64,000 bases of DNA from Eledone cirrhosa (taxonomy: Eukaryota). The position numbers and the translations under genes were made by a program. The DNA lies in the NCBI GenBank assembly GCA_964016885.1, contig OZ024747.1, positions 35,650,001-35,714,000 of the forward strand, read 5' to 3'. This document shows, one piece after another, positions 26,545 through 41,994 of this stretch. The notes below the pieces were generated by a model that was not told the DNA's origin, searched no databases, and was given only the letters and a program-made list of their open reading frames with translations. Position 1 is the first letter of the stretch; the number at the start of each line of letters is the position of its first letter.

Positions 26545-27199
26545 CCTTGTGTGTGTATATGTGTGTGTATGGGGCTGTGGTTAACCCAATATTTCCAATT
26601 TACATCGTCAAATGGAGATTTGACCAATGTAACATTTGTTGTTTTGTAAACGAACTATTGGTGAATGCTGTGTTGGTATATTCTTATTCTTATATTTGTT
26701 GTTTTTTCTATGACATCGCTTCGGTGTGTGTGAGGGTGTGTGTGTACCCACTGACACTTATTATGACCTTCTATAGATCTACAGGTTTGATGCTGTGTTG
26801 ATATGTGTATATATATAGATTTTTTTTTTCTTTGACCTCGAGCCGGTGAGTATGGGTGTTGAGTGTGTCTGTACCCACTCACATTAACTGTGACCGAATG
26901 TATTTCTACAGATCTGATTAATGTCCAGCGTCCTTTGCAGCTATGGAGATTTGACAGTTTTATGACCCTAACTGAAGCTGATAGCAGTCGCCGTATTTCT
27001 GACAACTGGATCTTCATATGAGGGAATAAACTCTGTGAGTGAACATTGCTAATTTTCTCCCTCATATCAAGAATTTGAAGAGAATTTATTTTCACCTGAT
27101 GACAAAAGTGATAATTGATCATGGCTTTACAATCGATCTATCTCTTATTGAAACATGTGTCGTGATTAAAATGATGGGAATTTTATCTTGCCTTCCGAT

Positions 27200-27205
<6 letters not shown>
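26545..27205 (+). mobile_element. Non-coding element ending in an HHR and (TA)n
   Basis: Internal short duplications (tgtacccact.acac/acat; atggagatttgac); HHR near the 3' end. The 5' limit is uncertain. Confidence 0.5.
27092..27165 (+). ncRNA. Type I hammerhead ribozyme
   Basis: tcac CTGATGA (helix II aagtgata/tatctctt) GAAAC atgt GTC gtga. Confidence 0.85.
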
Positions 27206-27249
<44 letters not shown>

Positions 27250-27257
<8 letters not shown>

Positions 27258-28842
27258 ATATTTGGGGAGGGTCATATTTGCGTAATATTGCCAGAATTAA
27301 TAACAGAACACACTCACTGTTTGGTTGGTTTTCGCTTCTCGCTGTCTTTTATATATATATATCTGCGATCTAACTTACTCGGTCCTCAATGTTGCCATTG
27401 ACTGACAGGCGGTCAAAAATAATACAGATACAATATAGACACAAACACATATATATAGTTTACATAATTTACATAAATCTTTCGTTGCACATCTGCAACA
27501 TCGTCAGTGGTGTTATATTCATTGTTCCTCCTGTTGTGTTGTATGTCTACGCCATTTTTTTTTTTTGTTCAGTCTGTCTATATATTTATTTATTTATTTG
27601 CTTGTTTGTTTATCTTATTTTATTTTGTCTTCTTTGCGCATGCGTTTGCGTGTGTGTATAGTGTTATGTGTGATGTGTGACTAGTGTGTATAGTGTTGTG
27701 TCTGCTGGGTGACTAGTGTGTGTTTATGTGCTTGTGTATGTATTTATTTATCTTATTTTATTTAATTTTATTTACTTATTTATACTTCTCTTAGGTCAGT
27801 GTTGTTTTTTGGGGTGTTGTTGTTGTTCCACTCATTCTTTCTGTTTAGCTTTGGTCTTCTAATTTCTATTTCACTGGCCTCTCTGATTTGCCTATCTGCT
27901 GGGTCATTCCTATGTTTAGATATTATTCTAATTTCTATGTTGTCTATGTTACCGTCGTGTTGTTGTCTAGCATGTTCGTATAGTACTGACCCGTTTTTTC
28001 GTCCTTTTAGTTCCCCCCAGTGTTGGTCTATCCTTTCACCTATGCTACGAGCTGTCTCACCTATGTATGTTGTTGTCATGTTTCTGCAAGTACCCTCTGT
28101 ACATCTTATGCTATAGACTACGTTTCTGGTTTTACAGTTTATCCGGGGGTTCACCTTACATATGATACATTTCCTATTAGTACAGTGGGTTTTCTTAAAA
28201 GGGTAGGTTTTGCTGATCAGGGATTTTATGGTGGTTCCTGGCTTTTCTACCACCTTTATTTTTAAGTGGGTCTTTCTCAGGGCCTTTCTACACTGGTTAG
28301 CTAATTTCCCTCCAGGGGTGGCATCCACAAACATGACACTCTGATATCTCTGGTTGTCGTACCATGATGTGGCCTTCCCTATCTTATGTCTAGCCCTATC
28401 TAAGCTATTCCATGATTTGCTCCTGTATAGTGGGCAAATTCCTTTCATGTCCAGTTCTATGAGGGTCTTATACTTTTCCATGGCTCCTTCGTATACTCTG
28501 ACTCTGTCTCTTTGGTTGTAGCCAGAGAACTGCATGCGGTTGATGAAGTGTTGGATGTGTCCTTCCATTTCTGTTGGGTCGCACATGCTGGACACATTCT
28601 TCATCACTCGTACCAAATCTGCGATCAGAATATTAAACTTAGCACTACTGGACATTGCTGAGTTTTTGAGTATCAGGTATTTGGAGGCCATGGGTTTAGC
28701 ATAGTGTGAGTGGAGAATTTGGGCTCTCTCGTCTATAGTGTTAATCCAGAGTTCTGTGTCTAATACAGGTAGTCTATTGTTAGGGTGTTTGGAAGGGAAG
28801 TCTATAGTTACAGTTATACTCTGGTGTATGGAATTAGCGATT

Positions 28843-28843
<1 letters not shown>
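27250..28843 (-). mobile_element. 5'-truncated PLE: RT C-terminus/thumb + GIY-YIG + pLTR
   Basis: DFPSKHPNNRLPVLDTELW, YAKPMAS, NVVYSIRC...TYIGETARSIGERIDQH, LNRKNEW. HHR 27470-27511: CTGACGA t gttgca-gatg-tgcaac GAAAGATTTA. Confidence 0.93.
27780..28691 (-). CDS. Uninterrupted 303-aa C-terminal part of a PLE RT/GIY-YIG protein
   Basis: ORF track; Cys linker CTNRKCIIC..C and VVY..YIG motif. Confidence 0.85.
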   Translation of the reverse strand: MASKYLILKNSAMSSSAKFNILIADLVRVMKNVSSMCDPTEMEGHIQHFINRMQFSGYNQRDRVRVYEGAMEKYKTLIELDMKGICPLYRSKSWNSLDRARHKIGKATSWYDNQRYQSVMFVDATPGGKLANQCRKALRKTHLKIKVVEKPGTTIKSLISKTYPFKKTHCTNRKCIICKVNPRINCKTRNVVYSIRCTEGTCRNMTTTYIGETARSIGERIDQHWGELKGRKNGSVLYEHARQQHDGNIDNIEIRIISKHRNDPADRQIREASEIEIRRPKLNRKNEWNNNNTPKNNTDLREV

Positions 28844-30783
<1,940 letters not shown>

Positions 30784-30787
30784 CACT

Positions 30788-32387
30788 CTTAAAGTAGTAC
30801 ACCTTCTAGACGTAACTCTTAATTTAAATACCGGACTGATACGACCCTTCCACAACATAAATGAGAAGCTTACCTATATCAATCTTAACTCAAACCACCC
30901 ACTTTCCATGATCAAATCGGTTTTCCGTAGTATTTCTCTTAGAATCTCTCGCCTATCGTCTGAATGAGATTTTCTGTGAACATGCCGAATACTATAATAA
31001 TCCATTAAGGAATGCCGACCACTTGGATACAATAGAATACATTGATAAGAATCTCCATAACACACATAGCTCTACACGAAATCAAAGAATACGTAACCGG
31101 GGTACATAAATACAAGCGCACACACAAGACATACTAATAATAGAAAAGCATCACCAAATAAATCACGTTGTTGAAAGTATATGTGGTATAATCCCATTTT
31201 TAATGCTTCGATTAGTATAAAACTATCTCTTTCATTCTTTAAGTTAATCAACAAGCATTTCCCTAGTTCCCATAAATACAGTAAAATTCTGAACTCTAAG
31301 ACTATTAAGCTATCATACTCCACTACACAAAACCTTGAAGTATACATTAAAAAAAACTTAACTTAAAGCAATTAATCAACGCTACAAAACAAAATATTTT
31401 AATAACAGATGTGCATAACGTAGTATCGGCCTCCCAACCAGTAAATGGGAGACGGGTATTACACAACCCACATGTACTGTTATCCCAACCTATCCATGGA
31501 ATACCTGCTACCCACAATAAAAACTGTAACTGCCACCTATCTGAAAGATGTCGATTGAAGAATAAATGTCTAAAGTCCAACATCGTTTATCAATGCACTG
31601 TTGAATTGAACGACCTGAAATGGTATTACATCGGGTCTACCACTACCTTCATTAAATTTCGCTGGTATCGTCATCGATTCTCAATTAAACATCATAATCA
31701 CCGTTTTGTGACCACGCTCGCCAACAAGACCTGGCAACTCCGTGAACGCAACCAACAGTTCACCGTGAAATGGTATATACTTTCCAGCGCTAGTGCATAT
31801 CGGAGTGGATTGAAGTACTGCAGGTTATGTAACCTTGAACTCTTTTACATCTTAAAATCCAAAAATAAATTACTAAATGACAGAATCGAACGATCATTAT
31901 ACTGCAACCTCAAACAGAAGGCTAAATTCTCTCACTATTAAATAACTTAACATTCGAACCCGTAACTATAACACTGCTTTCTCGTTAACTACTTTCTCTC
32001 AATAACAACTTCTTAACTGTATCCCCCACACTACAAAACAATACCCGGCTTATCACTATAAATGGATACTTAAGTGCAATTTGTAGCCTACAACTATGAA
32101 CTCAATATACACCTATCCCACAGCTTTCGTCTGCCACTCTCTATCTCTATCTATTCCTCTCTCTCCATCACCCCTCTCTCTCTCTCTCTATCTATCTCTC
32201 GCCCTCGATCCACCTCCCTCCCCTCCACATCTATGAACCTGCCCTTTGTGACAATAAATAATTCCAACCTTAACTATCAACGCATCGCTTAAGGTTGTCG
32301 CTTTAAGAGTAACCAGTATAATAAAACCCTACCACAACATTTTGATTAAGATATCTACAAACCACTCTGTCCCATTTCTCCAGCCCC

Positions 32388-32456
<69 letters not shown>

Positions 32457-33420
32457 CTTTTATTTCTTCCTTTTCTACTCTATCTTCCCCCAATAACCTC
32501 ACTTAAGGGTATTTACATTGTACATTTTAACCATTCTGCTCTGATGATACAGTGGTCACAGCATTTGATAATTGAGTTTGCAAATAGTTATAAATTTGCA
32601 CATAGCATAACTAGGCTGTATAACCACCGTGGAAACATTTGTAAGCACACATAATAAATTACCTTTTTATGATGTCTACCTGTTATTATTCATTCTTTAT
32701 CTACACTCCGGAATACAGAAGGATCAGGAACTAAGTTTCTTCAACTATTCTTCCATAACTCGTTGAGTAACCCCTCACCGTACGTCAACCATATCCAGTG
32801 TAGTAATTAACCATTACTACATCTAGGATAATCCTATACCTAATAATCGCCTCCTGCACAGTTGAGCAACCACACCGACATACGGCAGTAATGTGGAGAG
32901 GCATCATATAGGTATGTCACTTAAAAACACACCTTTACCTAACAGAAGGGAATATATTCTTGGTATGATTCAACGCAATAATGGCTTTATTCGGCGTGTA
33001 CGATGGAAGGCTTTCCATTTCGATAAGGGACACGCCAGTCACTCGTCTGAATCATATGGTTTTAAATCATGTAAAAACCCACCCACAAACCCCCATCTCG
33101 ATGCTTTCGAACAAGACTTAATGAATACGACCATGAATATTAAATTTACCAAACATAGAAGTAATGAGCTGCAGAGCAACATGAAAGCACTACTCCGAAG
33201 ACTGCAAAATATCAATGGAATTGTTGTGAAAGCTGATAAACCTCTAACGTGTATACCATGGGAATCGATACATACAACAGCTTCGTATGCAAAGAACTAC
33301 ACAAGAAATATAGAAAAACAAGTGTAACTACGCTAGCAAACATAAACAACGAGGCATACAAGGTAGTGAAGAATCTCAAGATAGACGATAGAACAGAGCC
33401 GATTATACCCCCCCCCCCCC
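30788..33420 (+). mobile_element. Partial-tandem PLE: 3' half of ORF, pLTR, then 5' start of the next ORF
   Basis: LLDVTLNL..RPFH, WYNPIF, KHFPSSHKY, CNCHLSERC, IVYQC..YYIGST, CRLCNLE; then SLKNTPLP..RRVRWKAF..YGFKS..KADK. Confidence 0.92.
32537..32647 (+). ncRNA. Type I hammerhead ribozyme with extended helix II in pLTR
   Basis: tgct CTGATGA tacagtggt/accaccgtg, acagc/gctgt, tgcaaat/atttgca, GAAAC attt GTA agca. Confidence 0.88.
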
Positions 33421-34574
33421 TAGAGATTTTAATATGATGATTCTGTCATATAATTTTGAGATTCGTATAAGAAGTGAATATCTTATTGAATAAAATAGAG
33501 CCAGCTTTGAAAGTCACTTCACACGTGATCGTCATCTTCAAATAAACCACCAGAGTTCCTGATGAGATGTTCTGGCTAAATGACAGCAAGTATATTGCTA
33601 GTCATGCGTTCGTGGTTTGGTATGAGGCAAGGGAAATTTAACAGAATATATCTACGGCTTTTTACTTGCAGAGATTTTCTTCTGGCATGAAATCAAATCT
33701 CACATGTACTTAAATAGTAATGTTGTATTTGTAGCTGCTTAGAATACCTCCAGGGAGATACATTTTCCCTCCTTCATCTGGTTTTCGTTAGTGAAAATAT
33801 GTTATTCTGAAAACTTGAGTGAAATTGAGCGTAAGGTTTAATGATAACATTACCATGTCAATCGGAAATTAGGAAATTCATGTATAATGTTCATGAATAA
33901 GTTGAATTTTCAATAGACAGTTTTAAGAAAATACAAGATTTCGCGATTTAAAAATAGTGATGACATGTGTTACCTATTTATTACATATTTTGTAAATGTT
34001 ATATTGAAAAAATATTGTAACAAATTAAAAAGACTTATATTATTTATGTTGATCAATTTACAGACAATGTCTATTTCATAGCATAGCTCAAGTATAGAAG
34101 AGACCGTTAACTTTATTTATTGTTAATAGGTGTTGGTATTTTTATTTACGAATAATCATTTATGAAATTGAGTTCCACCAAACTAACATTTAGGATGCAT
34201 TAGGACATTAAAATTCATCAATCGTTATTTTTTTTCAATTCAAAATATTTACAACATATCAATTGCAATAATAAATATATTGAATGGATTTAATATATTA
34301 CATTTTTAAATATCGGGTGAACAATCTATATTAATGTATAACAATAATTACTCAATGACTGTGAGAACGCGAAGCGGTGTGTTGGTTTGATTAAAATGGT
34401 TAGGATATCGGATTTAATGTTTTTTAGGTCTGCGTTCTTACATGGATGTCTCTGATGTTAACATTGCTTTAATCCATTTCAGTTCGATGAAATAAAGTAC
34501 TGAGGCTGATCTAATTGACATTTTGCTTATCGTAAATTTGCGTCACATATGCTTAAATTAGAAAACTTTATTAT

Positions 34575-34740
34575 TGGCAGTATCGGCTTTCCAGCATAGA
34601 GTAACATCCCTTTACGGTCTGAGTTCAAATCCCACCGAGGTTAACTTTGCATTTCATCCTTAAGGGGTTGATAAAATAAAGTACCCGTAATGCATTGATA
34701 TAATCGCTGGCCCTCAGCCAAAAGTTGAAACAATTATTAT
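34575..34740 (+). mobile_element. Meta-core tRNA SINE (decayed second copy at about 34470-34570)
   Basis: gagttcaaatcccaccgagg...tttcatccttaaggggttgataaaataaagtacc. Confidence 0.85.
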
Positions 34741-35199
34741 GACCAATAACGTAGTTAAATCATGTAGTAGAAAAACATAGTCAAGCTGGTCTTACCAGTG
34801 ATCATTTCATAAATAAACTTGAACTAGTGAATGACACGATACAAGAAAGTCTTCTTCTTCTTCTTCTTCTTCTTCTTCGTCCTGTTATACCCGTGAGGGT
34901 CTTGAGAATAGAGAGACCAAACCCCCCCCCCAGCTGGTGCTGTCAGAGGTAACCCTCACCAAATGATCCAGATGGATCCCAAGACATTATGTTAACTATA
35001 TACTCTAGCTATTCTCCTTAGAATGATAAGTGTTTGAATTGAGAAGAATCTAAAACTATGATTCTCCATCACTGGACCTATTCCAATTATATATGTTTCC
35101 ATATGTTTATATTTAAATAGTGTGTTTCAATGAAAACCTTTTGTCTATAATAATAATTAAATGGAATCGTCAATGAGTATTACGTCATATGGACATTAA

Positions 35200-36680
35200 T
35201 GCTATGTCTTACATGCTACGTTGGGCGGGCCCGTACTGACGGTCTGCCATGACCTTCAATCGGTGGTTCCTGCACTGGCGGTAATCGGCATCCAGGTCAG
35301 CTCGGCCATGTCGGAGGTGGTGAATGTCAGCCTCGATGTAGCAAGCTTTGCAGCATCCGTATTGGATGTGCGGTCCATTCTCCGCCAGATTCAGGTGACT
35401 CCCAAAGAGGATGTCCTAATCCTCGGGTCATCGATCCATCCACCGGCCATCGGCTCCACCATCAGGTCCATGCTTCAACAGCTCCAGACTCCTACGAGCC
35501 GACTGGGCTTGATTGACGGCCACCCAGCGATCTTTCTGCTGAGGAACTGCTTCGCCATGCCGAAGCTCCTCTATACACTCCGCAGCGCTTCGTGCTACCC
35601 CGAGACATCTCTCCTCGCTGACCTCGATACTTGTATCCAAGCTGCAGCCGAGGTGATAAGCAACGTCAAGTTTGACGACAATGGGAGGCAACAGGCCGCT
35701 TTACCTGTCAGGTATGGCGGCCTTGGCCTCCGTTGCCCGATCTCACTAGCTTTGCCGGTGTATATTTCGTCGGTAACCTCGCGCCGCGTCCTCGTCAGGA
35801 GGGATTTTCAAAACACAACAGAACCTTCTGTGTTCAGACAACGTGAGGCTGCCTGTGAGACGTGGGACCGGCTGGGACTTAGCCCAGTAGACGTGCCTCC
35901 TCCTTCTCCCCCTGTTGACGACGTCAAGTCCCCCCAACGCACTTGGGATGCCATCCAGTGCAGCCTGGCCTCAGACGGGTTCACGCGCCAGCTAGTTCAG
36001 CACCGCTTTGCTTGTTTTCGTGCGGCCTCCAAAACCCATATTGGTGCCTAGCTCCATGCCCTTCCATCCTTCTTCACTGGCACGCAGCTACACAAGCATA
36101 ACTTGCGCATCCGCGTTTCACTGAGGCTCGGCCTCCGGATCTGCCAGCCACACCAATGTCGTTGCGGTTCCACCGTGGACTCTTTCGGCCCCCACCCGCT
36201 TTCCTGTCGCCACAGTGCCTGCTGCATTCCACGCCATGATGCCCTTAACAAGGTCATTAAGCATGGCTTGGACGCTGTAGGCTTCCCTTCCCAGCTCGAG
36301 CCAGTGGGGCTGGATCGAGGGGACGGCAAAAGGCCAGATGGCATGACCACCTTCCCGTTCCGCGGTGGCAAAGCTCTCGTCTGAGATGCCACTTGCACCA
36401 ACATTTTCTGCAGCCACAACCTGGTACAGTCTGCGACTGACACAGGTTCTGCTGCACGTTGGGCTGAGGGAGCCAAACTCCTCAAATACCGGCCGCTCTC
36501 CGACAGATTTGCGGTCGTACCCCTGGCAGTGGAGACTTCTGGTGTCGTCGGCTCGAGGGATACCTCCTTACTCACCACTATAGGCGCTGAGCTGGCCAGC
36601 CGCAGGTCTCCCTTGCCGTCCTCGAGGAGGCGCCTTCTCCATTCTGTCCACTGGGACTGCGGGTGGGCCCCATCGCGTAC
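35200..36680 (+). pseudogene. CRE-like non-LTR retrotransposon, RT C-terminus + CCHC knuckle + restriction-like endonuclease
   Basis: One frame: LPVRYGGLGL, CRCG..DSFGPHPLSC..RHD, RPDG..PFRGGKALV*DATC, E.AKLLKY, PLAVETSG. Both stops fall at expected Trp codons. GC-rich. Confidence 0.88.
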
Positions 36681-37635
36681 CGTTGTAGTTTTTGTATATA
36701 GATATTAACTCATCAATCCGATTGACCTAATCCAAAAGTTCTTATTTATTATACTTGTTTAAAAGACAAAAAAAAACCTAACAACTTTCTGCAAATATAT
36801 AAAAATTAAAAAAATCAATAGAGCTATAATCAGTTATTCAGTGCAATAACACATAAGCTATTTCGAAAGTACGCGGGAATAACAGGCGTTCTTTGATTGC
36901 GTAAATGACATTCGACTTTAAACCACATAATTAGAGAAAAAGAAGGCAAGATGTCACACCTGATGGGACTGAATGGTATTTCTTCCTGCTCAGTAAAAAG
37001 TCTTTTCCAAGGATCCATTAACATTTATCGCATTTCGCTAGAAGGTACAAATGTGATCGAATTTCTATGCCTAAATTTCTATTCGCATCCATTACACAGA
37101 CCGTTCCTTACTATATGGCTGCATTAATAAACGTGTAAGAAATATACATCTCTATGTGGGTGGGGAAATCAAGGCCGGCTGAAAGATTCATAGGCTAACT
37201 ATGGGAGAGTGACGCTACTTATTAATAACTTATTAATAACCACATTGATTCAGTCCATGAGAGTATCATGGTCAGTGTATAAAAGTTTCAGCTTATGGAC
37301 TTGCCATACAAATATATGTTTCTTGAATATATACCCTAGTTTATCAACTGAAATATAATGGATATCTATTACACAATCCTTTGCATTGTAATACAACTCT
37401 TCCAAATATCTGAATATTTGAAAGATGTCTAAAACCCAGAAGAGCGCGTTACAAATAAAACACTTAGGCGATTATTTTGATAATAAAATCAGTGAAGACA
37501 TTTTCGTTAAATGCCTTAAAAGAATTGTAATTTATCTCAGTTTAGCTGACATGCTAAACTAACTAAACTCACATGTGCCGATTCTGTTTTTAAGATCCAA
37601 TATCATATATTATTTTAGTCAACCAAATGATTTCG

Positions 37636-37689
<54 letters not shown>

Positions 37690-37693
<4 letters not shown>

Positions 37694-37818
37694 GTTTCTA
37701 CGTTAGGCACAAGGCCAGCAATTACCCAGTGTATTACTGGCACTTTATTTTATCGACCCCGTAAGGATGAAAGGCAAAGTTAACCTCGGCGGGATTTGAA
37801 CTCAGAATAGCAAGGGCC

Positions 37819-37822
<4 letters not shown>
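37690..37822 (-). mobile_element. Meta-core SINE, 5'-truncated
   Basis: tcgaccccgtaaggatgaaaggcaaagttaacctcggcgggatttgaactc. Confidence 0.88.
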
Positions 37823-37859
<37 letters not shown>

Positions 37860-37987
37860 GTCTGTGATTCAGTGAATTAACTCTGCGAAACGCACATAAC
37901 AGTTCCACACACAATAAAAGAAAATCTAACTATATATAACCGAAAATTCATCGTTTACTCATACAATTATATATATATATATATATA

Positions 37988-37988
37988 T

Positions 37989-38057
<69 letters not shown>

Positions 38058-38070
38058 TGTGTGTGTGTGT

Positions 38071-38148
<78 letters not shown>
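37988..38148. repeat. (GT)n microsatellite
   Basis: Direct reading. Confidence 0.98.
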
Positions 38149-38152
<4 letters not shown>

Positions 38153-38684
38153 CGTATATGAAGTATCATTGCTTGATACTTAATCATTAGCATCATGGAC
38201 GTGTCTTTCTAGTGCTGTTAGGGGCTCGCCTATGGATAACAATGCCATGCATTAGAGAAAGTGTCACATATCAAGCCATATCTGTTCTTGAAGCATTTTA
38301 AGTGAAGAAAGCTTTTGAATGTGGCCAATCAAGTTCTGTAATCTGATGGAAAGAATAACTGGTCTAAACCATTGGAAGCAAATGAAGTTAGAGGTGTTAT
38401 ATCAGAGTCGCATTCCCCTGGAGAGATGTTTTAATGAGGACTAGGAGTCTGTCACTAAGAAAAAAAAGAAAATCGTTATTGGATGGCTTGTGGTGCTCCG
38501 GAGTTCCTCCTCCCTTTGACGGGTCTTGTTTGTCATCCTGCAGGATGTCCAAAATCCTCCCGTCGAGCAAGTTTGGTGTCGTTGCCGGTTCAGTCACCGA
38601 CGAGCCGACCATGAACAGGTTGTACTGGGCTACATGTTACCAGTTGCGCTGAAAAGCGACCTGATATATATTATGTATATATGT

Positions 38685-38902
38685 AGGAACGATCGACTTT
38701 CGTCAATCGGATCGAGGGAACAATGTTTCCGTTGGTCTTTCCAATTGCTAATACTATCTATCGGTCGCAACTCCAGGTAGAAGGATCAACGTGAAATAAA
38801 GTGCCTTGCTCAAGGACATACGCATCGCCTGGTCCAGGAATCGAACTCACAACTTACGATTGCGAATCCAATGTTCTAACCACTCAGCCACGCACGCCTT
38901 CA
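38685..38902 (-). mobile_element. Full-length tRNA/CORE-type SINE
   Basis: Minus strand: A box tggctgagtgg, B box gagttcgattcc, then tgtccttgagcaaggcactt. Confidence 0.88.
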
Positions 38903-38903
38903 T

Positions 38904-38951
<48 letters not shown>

Positions 38952-39037
38952 GGAAAAATTTGAACAGGGACAAAACAGAGAGGCAGTACAACGAATGTTT
39001 ATTAATTTCACGCTCTGGAGAGTGGTGTGTTGGTGAG

Positions 39038-39073
39038 GGACGACGTTTCGGGCATAAGCCCTTCCTCAGGTGA
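39038..39073 (-). ncRNA. Minimal hammerhead motif in a solo pLTR-like insert (38950-39215)
   Basis: ac CTGAGGA a gggc-ttat-gccc GAAACGTC gt; helix I only 2 bp. Confidence 0.75.
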
Positions 39074-39216
39074 AAAGTGTGCGGGAACAGAGTTCAAAGG
39101 GTGTGTAGAGGAGTGGTGGAGAGACATATAGCGAAAGGAAACCGTGCGAATGAAAAAAATAAAAGTAAAAATAAAAATAAAGCATGATCAAAATACAAGG
39201 AATGAAATAAATTTAA

Positions 39217-39240
<24 letters not shown>

Positions 39241-39248
<8 letters not shown>

Positions 39249-39596
39249 GTGAGGTTTTTTTTACAAAGTGAAAAATAACCGAGGTGTCCTACATGAGTGA
39301 AAGTATAAAGAAAAAGAGATGAAATCGAAAATGCAACTGGAGTCTTATTTTTTTAAAAAATATATTTATTTATTTGGTTCCTTTACCGGTTTCGCAGCTC
39401 TTCTGCTTTTCAAAAGGTGAGTTGAGATGGAGGGTCTGTGGTTTTTCTCACAGATGTGACAAAAACCACATACCCTCCATCTCAACTCACCTTTTGAAAA
39501 GCAGAAGAGCTGCGAAACCGGTAAAGGAACCAAATAAATAAATATATTTAAAAAACAAATAAGACTCCAATTGCATTTTCGATTTCATCTATTTTT

Positions 39597-39603
<7 letters not shown>
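39241..39603. mobile_element. Family C fold-back insertion with two U3-A8 HHRs
   Basis: Centre tcaca-ga-tgtga at 39453-39454. HHR(+) 39490-39527: cctt TTGAAAA gcag-aagag-ctgc GAAAC cg GTA aagg. HHR(-) 39380-39417. Confidence 0.88.
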
Positions 39604-41138
<1,535 letters not shown>

Positions 41139-41818
41139 CGAGAGAGAGAGAGAGAGACAGAGGGGGAGAGAGAGAGAGAATGGAAAACGAAAAATCAGTG
41201 AAGCATCTGAACTCAATTTATTGTGTGTTACAATTGTTTCCCCGGCAATTAGCTCGATGTGCGATGCATGACTCTAGACTCGCAGGTTCCTGGGACACGT
41301 CTATTGATTTTGGACCATATCCTCTTTCTGGGGTTTTTTGACCGTGCGGCTCTATAATGTCCACTTTCATCCGCTTTGCGCGTCCTTGGGTTGGTCACTG
41401 GTTAGCGACGTCATCATTACTCTGACCAATTGTAGTAGCCCGCTGACCATCAGGGCGTGAGCTGTCACTCACCCTCTGCCCCGTCGGTAAAATTGCTGCT
41501 GTTTGTCAGTTCCCACGCCCACTCGCACACACATACAATGAGAGGCACACGTGCATACACGCGCGTGTATATACGCAGGCATATACACATATACGCACCC
41601 ATATATATACATGCACACATACACGTACGCATCCGTACATATACATACACATACACTCACAGATATATATATATATACATACATACATTTACGTACACAC
41701 ATATGCACATCTGCACATACATATGCATACACACATATACATATATATATATAGATACGCACGTCCAGACATACGCAGACACATACGTCTACACACGTGT
41801 ATACAAATACATACACAC

Positions 41819-41905
<87 letters not shown>

Positions 41906-41954
41906 TATGCCCTTATACATTTTTTCACGCAGACTCGCACATTCATTCTTACAC

Positions 41955-41991
<37 letters not shown>

Positions 41992-41994
<3 letters not shown>

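Noticed and set aside
38370-38662. GC-richer segment with short ORFs on both strands, possible host exon
   Set aside because: No recognisable protein, and stops occur in the frames following the candidate acceptors.
38820-38902. tRNA gene
   Set aside because: A/B boxes belong to a SINE head continuing into a CORE-like body, with other copies in the window.
41222-41515. Minus-strand GAAACAATTGTA with distant CTGACAA and cagcaatt/aattgccg pairing
   Set aside because: Core mismatch and no helix I; at best a decayed hammerhead.
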